Positions 9,422-18,679 of a DNA stretch of 64,000 bases are shown here, in pieces. A program made the translations under genes and the position numbers. How positions within the stretch are numbered: the stretch's first letter is position 1; each line of letters starts with the position of its first letter. The DNA lies in the sequence record LC819005.1; one strand, written 5' to 3'. A model generated the notes under the pieces. That model did no database searches, was not told the DNA's origin, and saw nothing but the letters and a program-made list of their open reading frames with translations.

Positions 9422-9831
9422 CGGCTCCCGTAAAGGACTTTGAGTTCCCTCACGGTTTGCTCGTACAGCGCATCGCGTTCCGATGGCGGCCGAGGGATAG
9501 TGGGGAGTTCTTTCTTCTCCGCCGTCGGCGCCTGATGCGGTTCCACCTGCTCGTCCTGCCGCGGTGCCAGCACCGCCAACTTAGAAACAACCTTGTAATT
9601 GATAAACAAGGAGAGCATCAAAACCATCAACATGATGGTGAGGAACCGCCGGGACGACTGCATCCGGTCTACGCACCAGCGTGCGGCGGAAGAAGCAAAT
9701 TGCATTTTCTTGCGGTCTTGCGTTTTACCCGTAGTGCGCTCTTTGGAAGCGTCTGTATCTTTGATTTTATCGCCGACAAACATTTCTTTCAAAAAGGGCC
9801 ATAGGCTAACAAGTAGCTGAATGAAAGCCAT
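9418..9831 (-). CDS. Membrane protein, i-spanin/holin-like candidate
   Basis: TM helix FLTIMLMVLMLSLFINY; translationally coupled to the lipoprotein gene. Confidence 0.55.
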   Translation of the reverse strand: MAFIQLLVSLWPFLKEMFVGDKIKDTDASKERTTGKTQDRKKMQFASSAARWCVDRMQSSRRFLTIMLMVLMLSLFINYKVVSKLAVLAPRQDEQVEPHQAPTAEKKELPTIPRPPSERDALYEQTVRELKVLYGSR

Positions 9832-9913
9832 GAAAGCTCCTTAATTCTGTGTGTTCGACCAGCTAAACTCCTGGTCTCGAAATACTCCCCGTTAAGCGAA
9901 TTGGAGATCTACA

Positions 9914-11242
9914 ATGTACTCAACCAAAAGCTTTTGCAACGTGTTTGCATTTGCTTCGAATGAGCCGGGAGTCGTGACCCCGATCGGCGAATTGACGACG
10001 TATGCCGAAACATTCACGAAGGAATTGGGTGTGTACCATCACACCAGCCTCGATGGTTACGATCTGCTGAACTTTAGCAGCGCAACCGATGGGGTGAAAA
10101 AAGCGGTATCCCAGACGATTGTTGACCAAGCCATCGGCCTGGTCGATCTCGTCGTCCGCGCAACTCTGGGGACGTCGGGCGAACTCTACTACGACGAAAT
10201 CCTGACGCAAGTCAAGGCGAAGGCGGAGACGCTCACCGCCAACGCTGTGGACATGGGCCCGATGGTTAATGCGGGCGCATGGTGGGTCCCGGAGTGGATC
10301 TCCTGGAGCGATGCGACAGCGGGTGCTGCGGACAACACCAACAAGGTATGGCTGGGCCTGGATGCTTTCAAGAACCAGTACACCGACTACGAAATCGTGG
10401 TGGTGCCGCCGCTGGACAACCTGGACCAGTTCTTCAATCCTGGCTCCATCGTTGAGAGCCTGATTGCAGCTATCACGCCGTCTCAAATGATGGATCGTGC
10501 TGAAACCGCGAAAAACGGTTTTCCGGCGACAGTCACGCGGACTGATCCGTACGAATACCTGGACCCGGTGAATACCTCGCGGCATTTCGATGTCTATTGG
10601 ACCGTGGTGATCTACGGTCCGGCAGGCAACGATCCGGACATCATCCGTGACGCGTTGGTGAACTACATCCTGGCACACTCCACCCACAGCCGTGACGAGT
10701 GGGCGACGATCTTCCCGGACATCTTCAAGCGCACCGAGTTCGTGTTCGCACCGCTGTGGGACAGCTTCGCTTCCGAGCAGAGCGTGTTTCGCTACGGCAT
10801 CTACAGCCCGATCGTCGACAACGGCAAGTGCGTGGACTGGCTGACCGAGTACGCCGACGGCTACACCGCAGACCAGATCAAATCGGTCTCGCAGTTGCTG
10901 GGCTTCCCGTACCGTTCGTTGCAAGTGCCGGTGGTGGGCAATATCGAGAACCGCGATGGCAAGATGCGGATCACTGATTACTACCCCGACTTCATCAACG
11001 TGGGTTCCGACTCCACTGACTTCGGTCGTATGTCGATCCCGACCCAGCAATGGGCGCAGGTGATGATGTCACTGATCGTCACGGCCGAATCGCTCACCAA
11101 CGCCACCGATATGCCCAAGGGCATGTACCGTGTCACACGGGGTTCGCTCGTCTACGTGGGTCAGACCTTTAACCGTCTGTTGCTGCTAGTGCTGGCCAAG
11201 TCCAACATCCCGCCCGCAACGACTACGCCGCAAGGCCAGTAA
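9914..11242 (+). CDS. Virion structural protein (phiKZ gp157-like)
   Basis: 442 aa, GGAG RBS; sequence style and position between RNase H and spike, as in phiKZ-like phages (recall). Confidence 0.65.
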   Translation: MYSTKSFCNVFAFASNEPGVVTPIGELTTYAETFTKELGVYHHTSLDGYDLLNFSSATDGVKKAVSQTIVDQAIGLVDLVVRATLGTSGELYYDEILTQVKAKAETLTANAVDMGPMVNAGAWWVPEWISWSDATAGAADNTNKVWLGLDAFKNQYTDYEIVVVPPLDNLDQFFNPGSIVESLIAAITPSQMMDRAETAKNGFPATVTRTDPYEYLDPVNTSRHFDVYWTVVIYGPAGNDPDIIRDALVNYILAHSTHSRDEWATIFPDIFKRTEFVFAPLWDSFASEQSVFRYGIYSPIVDNGKCVDWLTEYADGYTADQIKSVSQLLGFPYRSLQVPVVGNIENRDGKMRITDYYPDFINVGSDSTDFGRMSIPTQQWAQVMMSLIVTAESLTNATDMPKGMYRVTRGSLVYVGQTFNRLLLLVLAKSNIPPATTTPQGQ

Positions 11243-11254
11243 TAGGAGGCCGAC

Positions 11255-11872
11255 ATGGCACTGCTCCCACCGATCGGCACCGCGGGGATCTACAAGCTCA
11301 AGGCGCCGTTTGATGTTCAGCTGCAGCCCAACACGTCGTACCGGGCAGATTCCGCTCGTCGTGTGTCCGATTATCTAGAACTCGGCGTCGATCCGTTCGA
11401 AGAGTTCTACGACAAGTACGGGATTCCCAAAGAGACCTACGACGCGGACGTCCAGAACCAGGTCGTGATTGTCGGTCTGGTCTCTGCTGCGAATCAGTGG
11501 GTGTACGTGCCGTCGACGTACATCCTCTCCTATCCGGATCTGAATGGCATCGCGTACAACGTGATGGTGCTCGGACTGGAACTGGGGGCGATTCCGCAGT
11601 ACATGGATCTCACGGGACTGAAGAACGCGCTGGCGAACCTGGCGCGTGACACGATTGGGGTGAACCCCACGGTGAAGGAAGTCGTGATCTCGGCGGTGTC
11701 CAAGCTTTCCCAGGCGGACCACGATGCGCTGGAGTCAGCACGTCAAGCACTGATCACCAACTCCACCACTGACCGGGCCAAGTATCTGGCGCTGCAGGCG
11801 CAGTACGCGACTTTGCAGCAACAGTACCAAGCCCTCGAAGCGTGGGTGAAGGCAAACGTACCGGGCGCGTAA
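11255..11872 (+). CDS. Conserved phiKZ-like protein, probably virion-associated
   Basis: 205 aa, AGGAGG RBS, co-transcribed with the preceding gene. Confidence 0.7.
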   Translation: MALLPPIGTAGIYKLKAPFDVQLQPNTSYRADSARRVSDYLELGVDPFEEFYDKYGIPKETYDADVQNQVVIVGLVSAANQWVYVPSTYILSYPDLNGIAYNVMVLGLELGAIPQYMDLTGLKNALANLARDTIGVNPTVKEVVISAVSKLSQADHDALESARQALITNSTTDRAKYLALQAQYATLQQQYQALEAWVKANVPGA

Positions 11873-11877
11873 CGCAA

Positions 11878-11919
11878 CGACATAAAGGCCAGGTGGTTTC
11901 CCACCTGGCCGATATGCCG
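11878..11919. terminator. Bidirectional terminator
   Basis: GGCCAGGTGG-tttc-CCACCTGGCC flanked by CGACATAAA and ATATGCCG. Confidence 0.85.
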
Positions 11920-11929
11920 TCTAAACGGC

Positions 11930-12901
11930 TTAGTGAGGAACGTTGGACAAGCCCGAGCCATCACCGACAAACTTCGTCGCGTTGACCGTGCCATTGAACG
12001 TAGCACCCTGAGTGGCTTGGATTTCGCCATTCAGCTGAATCGTACCCGAACCTGCTGCACCGGAGACACCCGACTTCATACCGCCGCCGAGCGTGAGGTT
12101 GGCCCCAACGATCGCATCGGTCCCGACTTGCAGGATTTCCGTTGCGATCGTCTTAGGCGTGATGAACTCAACCTCTTTGGGGGACTTGATGTACGCACCC
12201 CCATTCGCCAACACAGAGAACGTGCCCTGCACTTTGACGTTCATGTTACCTGGGACGTTGATATTCAGGTCCTGATCGAACATGTCCCATGAACAATCGG
12301 ACGCTGTTTTCAACACCAGCCGCTTCGCAGCCGAATCCATGAAGACGACATTCTGGATGGTATCGAGGAACTGGAAGATTCCGTCCTTGGTGTTGAGCAT
12401 CAGGTCGTACCCATACGGCTCATCGTTGCTCTGTGAGGTATGGAAGTGTACGAGACCTTTGTGGGTGGAGATCTCCAGGAAGTACGTGGTGTCTTCCGTG
12501 GTGCCGTCGCCCTCCGCCTTGGTGCCGCTAAATGCCCAGATAACCGTCTCCAGCTTGCGCAGGTTCGGGTCATACTCTAGCTCACTCCAGTAATATTTGT
12601 CTGCATCCGCGAACTTCCAGATACAGACCTTCTCCCCGCGGCGCACGTCCGGGGAAGTCTTACGGTTAGAACCAAAGGGCAACCAGCGGGCCGTAAGCGT
12701 ATTGGCGTCGCGGACAGTGGATTCAAAAGACGCGCCATCCGCGTCCGTACCTTTCACGTTTTGGGAATTGAGGTTATCGGTCAACTCCCCATTGTTCATG
12801 GGCACCTTCTCCATCGGGGTGACCTGAATCTCGTTCGACTTCAGTGACTTGTTAGCTGCCACCACGCCGTACGAGTACATCTGCAGTTTGCTTGCTTCCA
12901 T
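11930..12901 (-). CDS. Baseplate central spike / puncturing protein (phiKZ gp164-like)
   Basis: N-terminal OB-type region and beta-strand-rich C-terminus (NINVPGNMNVKVQG...), typical of trimeric beta-helix spikes. Confidence 0.7.
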   Translation of the reverse strand: MEASKLQMYSYGVVAANKSLKSNEIQVTPMEKVPMNNGELTDNLNSQNVKGTDADGASFESTVRDANTLTARWLPFGSNRKTSPDVRRGEKVCIWKFADADKYYWSELEYDPNLRKLETVIWAFSGTKAEGDGTTEDTTYFLEISTHKGLVHFHTSQSNDEPYGYDLMLNTKDGIFQFLDTIQNVVFMDSAAKRLVLKTASDCSWDMFDQDLNINVPGNMNVKVQGTFSVLANGGAYIKSPKEVEFITPKTIATEILQVGTDAIVGANLTLGGGMKSGVSGAAGSGTIQLNGEIQATQGATFNGTVNATKFVGDGSGLSNVPH

Positions 12902-12989
12902 TCGGTACTCGTCTGATGAAAGTAGAAATTGACACTTTCGGGGAATCTGATGTTGGCAGTTTGCACCAAAATCTCAAAGAATTAACCCA

Positions 12990-15479
12990 ATGAAAATCCT
13001 GGAACTCGAACTCGACCTGTATAAGCGTCTGCCGGTGAACTATATCCGGCACTTCAAGTTGACGCTGAAAGAAATCGTCCAGTTGATTCTGGGCACCAAT
13101 GGCTCGGGTAAAAGCTCGATTCTCTTCGAACTCTCCCCGTTGCCAGCGGACAAGAACTTTTACCAGAAGGGCGGCAGGAAACGTATCCTGATCTCGCACC
13201 TGGGCAAGATGTACGAACTGATCTCGGACTTCAAGGACGGTCAGGACCACTACTTCTACGTGGACGGTGAGAACCTGAACATCGGTCGCACAGTCACCAT
13301 CCAGAAGGAACTGGTCAAGGAGCATTTCGGCGTCACCAACGAGACACGCGAGATCCTGCTGGGTGATGAGAAGTTCACCGAGATGTCGTCGGCTCGTCGC
13401 CGGGAAGTCTTTACGTTGCTGTGTGTGGTGGATTACACCTACGCGATCAAGCTGTACCAGAAGATCCAGACCGCGATGCGGGACGATCACGGTACGATCA
13501 AGAATCTGAAGAAGCGACTGGCCACGGAAACCGCCAATGCACTGAAGGAAGAAGAAGTCGCGATCATGCGCAACCGGCTGGCAGAGCTAAACCGGGAATC
13601 GCAGTCGATGTACATGCTGCGTAACGCCAATGCCCCGAGTATGCTCGAAGCGAAGTCAGTCGCCGAAGCGGTGAAGCAGACTATCGACGAACTTTTCAAC
13701 AAGTTCCGCAGTGTGCGAGCCGTGTTGCGGGATAAGTGCTATATCACGCCGGACGAATACCAGCAAGACATTGATTCGCTGCGCGCGGAGCTTCACGGCG
13801 TCGATGGCATGTACGCGCGGGCCTCGGAAGAGTTCATGAAAGCCGTGGCGGAAGTCGAATCGGTGTCAGGTTTGGAGGACGAAGACGTCACCAAACTGCA
13901 GGATGACATCATTGCTGCGAATAAGAAGGCGCAAGAGCTCCTAGAAACGCGTAAGAAGCCGCTGGAGGGCTTCAAAGCACTCGCGGCGTCCCAATCCATG
14001 GAGTTGGTCTACGAATCGCTCTACAGCGTTCTGACGGACCTTCCTGCCGATCCCGATGGAATGATGACTTCGCAGGCGCTGGGTGAAGTCACGGACAAAT
14101 TGCGGGAGTTGGAGTTGTCGCTCTCGGCGAACAAGGAGAAGCTCGCAGGCTTTGAGCACCGGGAGAAGCATCTGGTGGAACTCGCTGCTGCTGACGCCGT
14201 GAGTTGTCCGAAGTGCGAGCACTCGTTCAAGATGGGCTACACCGAAACCGAACACACTACGCTTAAGCAACGCATCGCCAGCGGGCAAGGTTTCCTGGGT
14301 ACGCTTAGCAAACAGATCGCCGAGTACAAGGAACAGCATGAGAAGCTGAGTAATTATGCGAACCTGTACAAGGAGTACGTCCGTATCACGCGTAACACGC
14401 CGGAGCTTCAGCCGTTGTGGGATCTGATTGTCGAGGAAGATCAACTGCGTCGTTCACCGCAGCACTGTCTGACCTTGATCGAACTGGTGCGTAGCGACTT
14501 GCGCATCGAGATGCACGTCTCCGCGATCCGTGAAAAGATCCAGACGGACATGCAGCGTTTGAAACTCGCGCAGTACGCGCAGTCGGAAGCAGTGAAGGGC
14601 AAGAAGAAACGCCTGGAGCAGTTGGAGGAAGAGATCGGCCGCTACTCCAAGCGCAAGGCGTACCTGCAGGATCAGGTGAACGTGCTCGTGATGACCCAGC
14701 GACAGATCAAGCACATGTACGAGCTTGGCGATCGCATGGGTCAGGCTAAGAAGGATCTGAGCCAGGCGAGCATTGGCGTCATCGATGCGGTAAAGAACGA
14801 AATCATCGACGAAGCCTTGGCCGATACGCACCGGGAGATTGCTACCCTGTCCACCCGTGTGAATTCGATCAACCAGCACGAAGCACTGATTGAAGACCTG
14901 AAGCAACAGATCGCCAAGACAGAGAAGTCGGAGAAAGCTCACAAGGCCCTCTCGGATGCACTCTCGCCGGTGGATGGTCTGATCGCAGAAGGTATGCTGG
15001 GCTTCATTCGCAATTACGTGGCGCGGATGAACGCACTGATCGCTAAGGTCTGGACGTACCGGATGGAAGTGCATGACTGTTCGACGGAAGAAGAGTCGGC
15101 AGAACTGAACTATAAGTTCCCTTTGACCGTTGAGCACAATTCAGAACCTGTGCCTGACGTTGCGAAGGGTTCGTCCGGTCAGAAGGAAATGATTGATCTG
15201 GCGTTTCGTATCATCGCGGCCCAATGTCTCGGTTTGGACAAAGGCCCGCTCTCGCTGGATGAGTTTGGTAAGACGTTTGACGAATCGCACCGCACCGCAG
15301 CCACAATGGTGGTGCAGCAGTTGATCGACCAGCTGAGCTTCTCGCAGTTGTTCATGATCTCCCACTACGAATCGAGCTATGGCGCGTTCTACAACGCCCA
15401 GATCTCGGTGATTGATAAACGCAACATCACTGTGCCGGTCAACCGTAAGTACAACGAGTACACGGAACTGGCGGCCTGA
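12990..15479 (+). CDS. sbcC: SbcC/Rad50-like SMC ATPase (phiKZ gp165-like)
   Basis: Walker A GTNGSGKS, long coiled coil with zinc hook CPKC, signature SSGQ, Walker B LSLDE. Confidence 0.92.
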   Translation: MKILELELDLYKRLPVNYIRHFKLTLKEIVQLILGTNGSGKSSILFELSPLPADKNFYQKGGRKRILISHLGKMYELISDFKDGQDHYFYVDGENLNIGRTVTIQKELVKEHFGVTNETREILLGDEKFTEMSSARRREVFTLLCVVDYTYAIKLYQKIQTAMRDDHGTIKNLKKRLATETANALKEEEVAIMRNRLAELNRESQSMYMLRNANAPSMLEAKSVAEAVKQTIDELFNKFRSVRAVLRDKCYITPDEYQQDIDSLRAELHGVDGMYARASEEFMKAVAEVESVSGLEDEDVTKLQDDIIAANKKAQELLETRKKPLEGFKALAASQSMELVYESLYSVLTDLPADPDGMMTSQALGEVTDKLRELELSLSANKEKLAGFEHREKHLVELAAADAVSCPKCEHSFKMGYTETEHTTLKQRIASGQGFLGTLSKQIAEYKEQHEKLSNYANLYKEYVRITRNTPELQPLWDLIVEEDQLRRSPQHCLTLIELVRSDLRIEMHVSAIREKIQTDMQRLKLAQYAQSEAVKGKKKRLEQLEEEIGRYSKRKAYLQDQVNVLVMTQRQIKHMYELGDRMGQAKKDLSQASIGVIDAVKNEIIDEALADTHREIATLSTRVNSINQHEALIEDLKQQIAKTEKSEKAHKALSDALSPVDGLIAEGMLGFIRNYVARMNALIAKVWTYRMEVHDCSTEEESAELNYKFPLTVEHNSEPVPDVAKGSSGQKEMIDLAFRIIAAQCLGLDKGPLSLDEFGKTFDESHRTAATMVVQQLIDQLSFSQLFMISHYESSYGAFYNAQISVIDKRNITVPVNRKYNEYTELAA

Positions 15480-15486
15480 GGAAGCC

Positions 15487-15615
15487 ATGAAAGCCACGAA
15501 GTCCCGCAACAATCAAGGTAATGAACTGGTGATGCAATTGCCGGTGCTGATGTTTCTGATTTACATGGTCCTCGCGGCCGTGGCGTATTGGAGGGGCTGG
15601 TGGCCTTTTGGCTGA
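15487..15615 (+). CDS. Small membrane protein (42 aa)
   Basis: GAGGAAG RBS, ATG at 15487, single TM helix. Confidence 0.55.
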   Translation: MKATKSRNNQGNELVMQLPVLMFLIYMVLAAVAYWRGWWPFG

Positions 15616-15633
15616 CCCGATAAGGACAAGAAG

Positions 15634-16053
15634 ATGAAAGGAAAAGTCACTAAGGCGGGGTTTCCGCTGCGTATCCGGAAAGCACAAGTCGCCTGGAATA
15701 CGGAACTGATGATTCGACGACGGCGACAGCTGGAAGCAGACATTGCGCGCGATCTTCACCGCAGTGCTGTTCTTGAACGTCAGGGTCGGATCGCAGCGGC
15801 TCGCGAGGCACGTCTTGCTCGCGAGAAAGCCGAAGAGGCGCGTGAAGAGTGTTTCGACTTCAAGAACAACATGGTCGCTCAGACCAGTGGAACGTTCACC
15901 TGGCTACGCACTGGCAGGTTGCTGACGATGAACGAGGCGCGTGCTTACATCGTTCATCGTCAGAAGCAGGATACGCTCAGAATGCTCGGCATTATCTTCG
16001 GCGTGTTTACAGCCGGTGCTTCGGTATCTGCGCTGGTTCTGAAATGGTTTTGA
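15634..16053 (+). CDS. Arg-rich protein with C-terminal TM anchor
   Basis: 139 aa, AAGGA RBS, C-terminal LGIIFGVFTAGASVSALVL. Confidence 0.7.
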   Translation: MKGKVTKAGFPLRIRKAQVAWNTELMIRRRRQLEADIARDLHRSAVLERQGRIAAAREARLAREKAEEAREECFDFKNNMVAQTSGTFTWLRTGRLLTMNEARAYIVHRQKQDTLRMLGIIFGVFTAGASVSALVLKWF

Positions 16054-16066
16054 TAAGGAGAAGAAG

Positions 16067-16531
16067 GTGGCCAAGTTAAGCCACACCGGTGTCAAAGTGC
16101 TACGACATCGCAAGCGAGAAATAGCGGCGGCTAATGAGCAGCGTCGCTATCAGCGTCAGGTGGAGCGGTTGACCACCACGTGGGACGTGGATGAAATTAT
16201 CCGTTGCGACCCACGCACGCGTGAGGCAGTTGCTCAGATGGCAGCCTGTGACCAGCGCTTTGTCGGAGTAGTGGCAATTGCGCGGGAGCCGGGCCAGAGC
16301 GTAGTGGAAACACTACAACTGGATGGGGTGGCGGTGCTCCGGTTCAGTAACGGTATTTATCGCTGGGGTAACTCGGGCGAAATACTCACCGTGAAAGAAC
16401 TGGATCGACTGCTTGATTATGGTCATCCGTGGCGTGACGCGGTCGTCATCGTTTTGGTGGTGATCGTTATCGCTGGGTTGCTGGGGTTGATTCTTCAGCA
16501 ACGTTTCTTTCCCAAACTGCCATGGTTTTAA
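16067..16531 (+). CDS. Arg-rich protein with C-terminal TM anchor
   Basis: 154 aa, AAGGAG RBS, GTG start, C-terminal AVVIVLVVIVIAGLLGLIL. Confidence 0.7.
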   Translation: MAKLSHTGVKVLRHRKREIAAANEQRRYQRQVERLTTTWDVDEIIRCDPRTREAVAQMAACDQRFVGVVAIAREPGQSVVETLQLDGVAVLRFSNGIYRWGNSGEILTVKELDRLLDYGHPWRDAVVIVLVVIVIAGLLGLILQQRFFPKLPWF

Positions 16532-16619
16532 ATCTGCACACTCCGCTTATTTTGCTTGGACTTCTGGTCGGGGGATTCGTTCTGTTTCTCGTCGACCTTT
16601 TTTCTGGGCCGATTTAAGG

Positions 16620-16658
16620 CGTCATAAGGGCCGGGGTTACCCCCGGCCTTTTATGCCG
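16620..16658. terminator. Bidirectional terminator
   Basis: GGCCGGGG-ttac-CCCCGGCC followed by TTTTATGCCG. Confidence 0.85.
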
Positions 16659-16663
16659 TCGCG

Positions 16664-17212
16664 TTAGGGCGCCACGTACTCGTTGAAGCCATCGAGGTTT
16701 TGGTTCTGAATCAGCGCACCACCTTCGAGCAACTCGGTGTTGACCGTGAAGGTCTTGCCATTGATCCAGAGCAGCGACTTCGGGTCAGCCTGCAACGTGA
16801 TCCCTGCATACACCTGGTCGAGCGTCGTGTACTCGTAGTCGATGATATCCGCGAGTGCGATCGGATACGGCATCAGCGCGTTGATCTGATCGAGGATGTC
16901 CGACATCTTGAACGGCAGATGCGAGGGCGTCACTGCGCTCAGATCGCTTTCGCTGGTGTGATTCAGGATACAGCGCCGGCGGTACAGAAAGCCCGAACCC
17001 TTGGCCCAGAAGCGGGCATCGTACTGGATGTCGACTTGAGCGGGGATGAACGTATTCGGATCAAGATCCAGATCCTTGCGGGGATCGACTTGCGAAGGAT
17101 CACCGAACTTGACCTTCTCCAGCGGGATGGTTTGACCCGTCGCCTCGTAGATCAAGTACAGCAGAACCTGTTCACGACTTTTCCCTACGTCGTGTTCGTC
17201 GATAACAACCAT
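16664..17212 (-). CDS. Putative virion structural protein
   Basis: 182 aa, lies in the tail-gene block, co-transcribed with the 418-aa gene. Confidence 0.6.
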   Translation of the reverse strand: MVVIDEHDVGKSREQVLLYLIYEATGQTIPLEKVKFGDPSQVDPRKDLDLDPNTFIPAQVDIQYDARFWAKGSGFLYRRRCILNHTSESDLSAVTPSHLPFKMSDILDQINALMPYPIALADIIDYEYTTLDQVYAGITLQADPKSLLWINGKTFTVNTELLEGGALIQNQNLDGFNEYVAP

Positions 17213-17229
17213 GATTTCTCCAGGGAGTG

Positions 17230-18486
17230 CTAAGTGTTGGGCGTGATCACAATCTTCTCGGACTCGATGTTCAAGAAGTATGCGTAGCTGTACGATTCCC
17301 GACCAATGGGCCGACGGTTATCCGCAGGCATCGGCGCCTCCTCAGGGGGCGTTGTGTGGTACAGGCGATGGCTGTAGATATTGTCGCCTACCGAGAGAGA
17401 CCACACGCCGTCGTCCTCTTGCGGCCAGTACGGCCAGAGCAAACCGAAACCACCCAGCATCGGCAGGGTCGGTTCTTCGTAGGTCAGGTACTGTTTGGCG
17501 AGCTGGGTCGGCGCAATCTGGGTGCGCTCCACCACTACGTTGGGGCTGTCGATAAAGACCAGAAAGCTTTGCGAGAGGGTCATCCACTTGGTCAGCACTT
17601 CGTCGCTGAAAAGCTGAGCCCGGGAGATCTGCATGTCGTGGGCGCCGTTGTAATCCAGGCCCAGTGGTGACAGATCGATGAGCTCGCGCGATTCGTAGAA
17701 ACGATCGAGCAGTGCCACCGTCTGGGTATCCAGACAGAAGATGTCCTCCGCAGTGCGGAAGAAGGAAGTGTTGTCGAGCAGGAACAGATACCCACCCATC
17801 ACCAACGCACAGGTCTTGCCTTCTGCCGAAACCGGGCTCTTGATAAAGATCTGGTTGGCAAAGGGTTGATCCGGATGGGCCTTGAACAGCATGTCTGCTG
17901 TGATCGGCACGAAGGTGAGTTCCCCGACATCGCGGAAGTTGAGAATCCCCACTTCGTTGCGCTGGCTGAGGTAATTGCTCTTGGCCGCATCGATCACGTA
18001 GACGTAAGTGCTGTCCGCGTCGGTGCGGTGAATCAGTCCGTTGATGGAGACCAAGCAATTCTTATAGAAAACGCGGGCGTCCACTCCGGGCTTAGACATC
18101 AGGAGTACGTCTGCGTCGTCCGGATCGGGAATCGTGGTCGGGCTGGTACTATACTTGCCCCGATCCAACTTATACCCGGCCCACACTGCATCAGCGTACT
18201 TGATCTGCCCGGTGGCGATGCTCGCCAGGCCGTCGGTCGAAGGCAGCGTGGTGTTACCCTGCGCTGCGAAAAACCCGGCGAGTGTTTGAGTCCGGTCGGC
18301 AAAGCCTTTGGTGATTTCCCCAAAGCGCATCGTTTGGTCTTTCGTCCAGAATGGACTGGAGACCCGCAGATAGGCATCTGTGTACCCGCTGTCGATTTCC
18401 GCCAGCGTGAGGGTACTCAGATCTACCGCAGCCCAAGCCGTACCGGCCGCCTTGAGTTGCGCAATCGCAGAGACCAGTTGATACAT
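17230..18486 (-). CDS. Putative virion structural protein conserved in phiKZ-like phages
   Basis: 418 aa, divergent from the tail fibre genes; composition typical of structural proteins. Confidence 0.65.
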   Translation of the reverse strand: MYQLVSAIAQLKAAGTAWAAVDLSTLTLAEIDSGYTDAYLRVSSPFWTKDQTMRFGEITKGFADRTQTLAGFFAAQGNTTLPSTDGLASIATGQIKYADAVWAGYKLDRGKYSTSPTTIPDPDDADVLLMSKPGVDARVFYKNCLVSINGLIHRTDADSTYVYVIDAAKSNYLSQRNEVGILNFRDVGELTFVPITADMLFKAHPDQPFANQIFIKSPVSAEGKTCALVMGGYLFLLDNTSFFRTAEDIFCLDTQTVALLDRFYESRELIDLSPLGLDYNGAHDMQISRAQLFSDEVLTKWMTLSQSFLVFIDSPNVVVERTQIAPTQLAKQYLTYEEPTLPMLGGFGLLWPYWPQEDDGVWSLSVGDNIYSHRLYHTTPPEEAPMPADNRRPIGRESYSYAYFLNIESEKIVITPNT

Positions 18487-18679
18487 GAAAAAACTCCGTT
18501 AGAGTGCGTTTTTCCGCTTTTTATGCGGCTTAAAATGGCTCAAATAATGTGATCTACTATTAGGCTAAGTAGTAATTTCTCAAGCGGCCCGAGCCCTCTC
18601 TCCCTGTGGGAAAGGGGCGGGTTGCCGCGTTCGTCTTGGCCGACAGTAGCCCGAGATTCCATGAAAGGACTTTAGTTCA

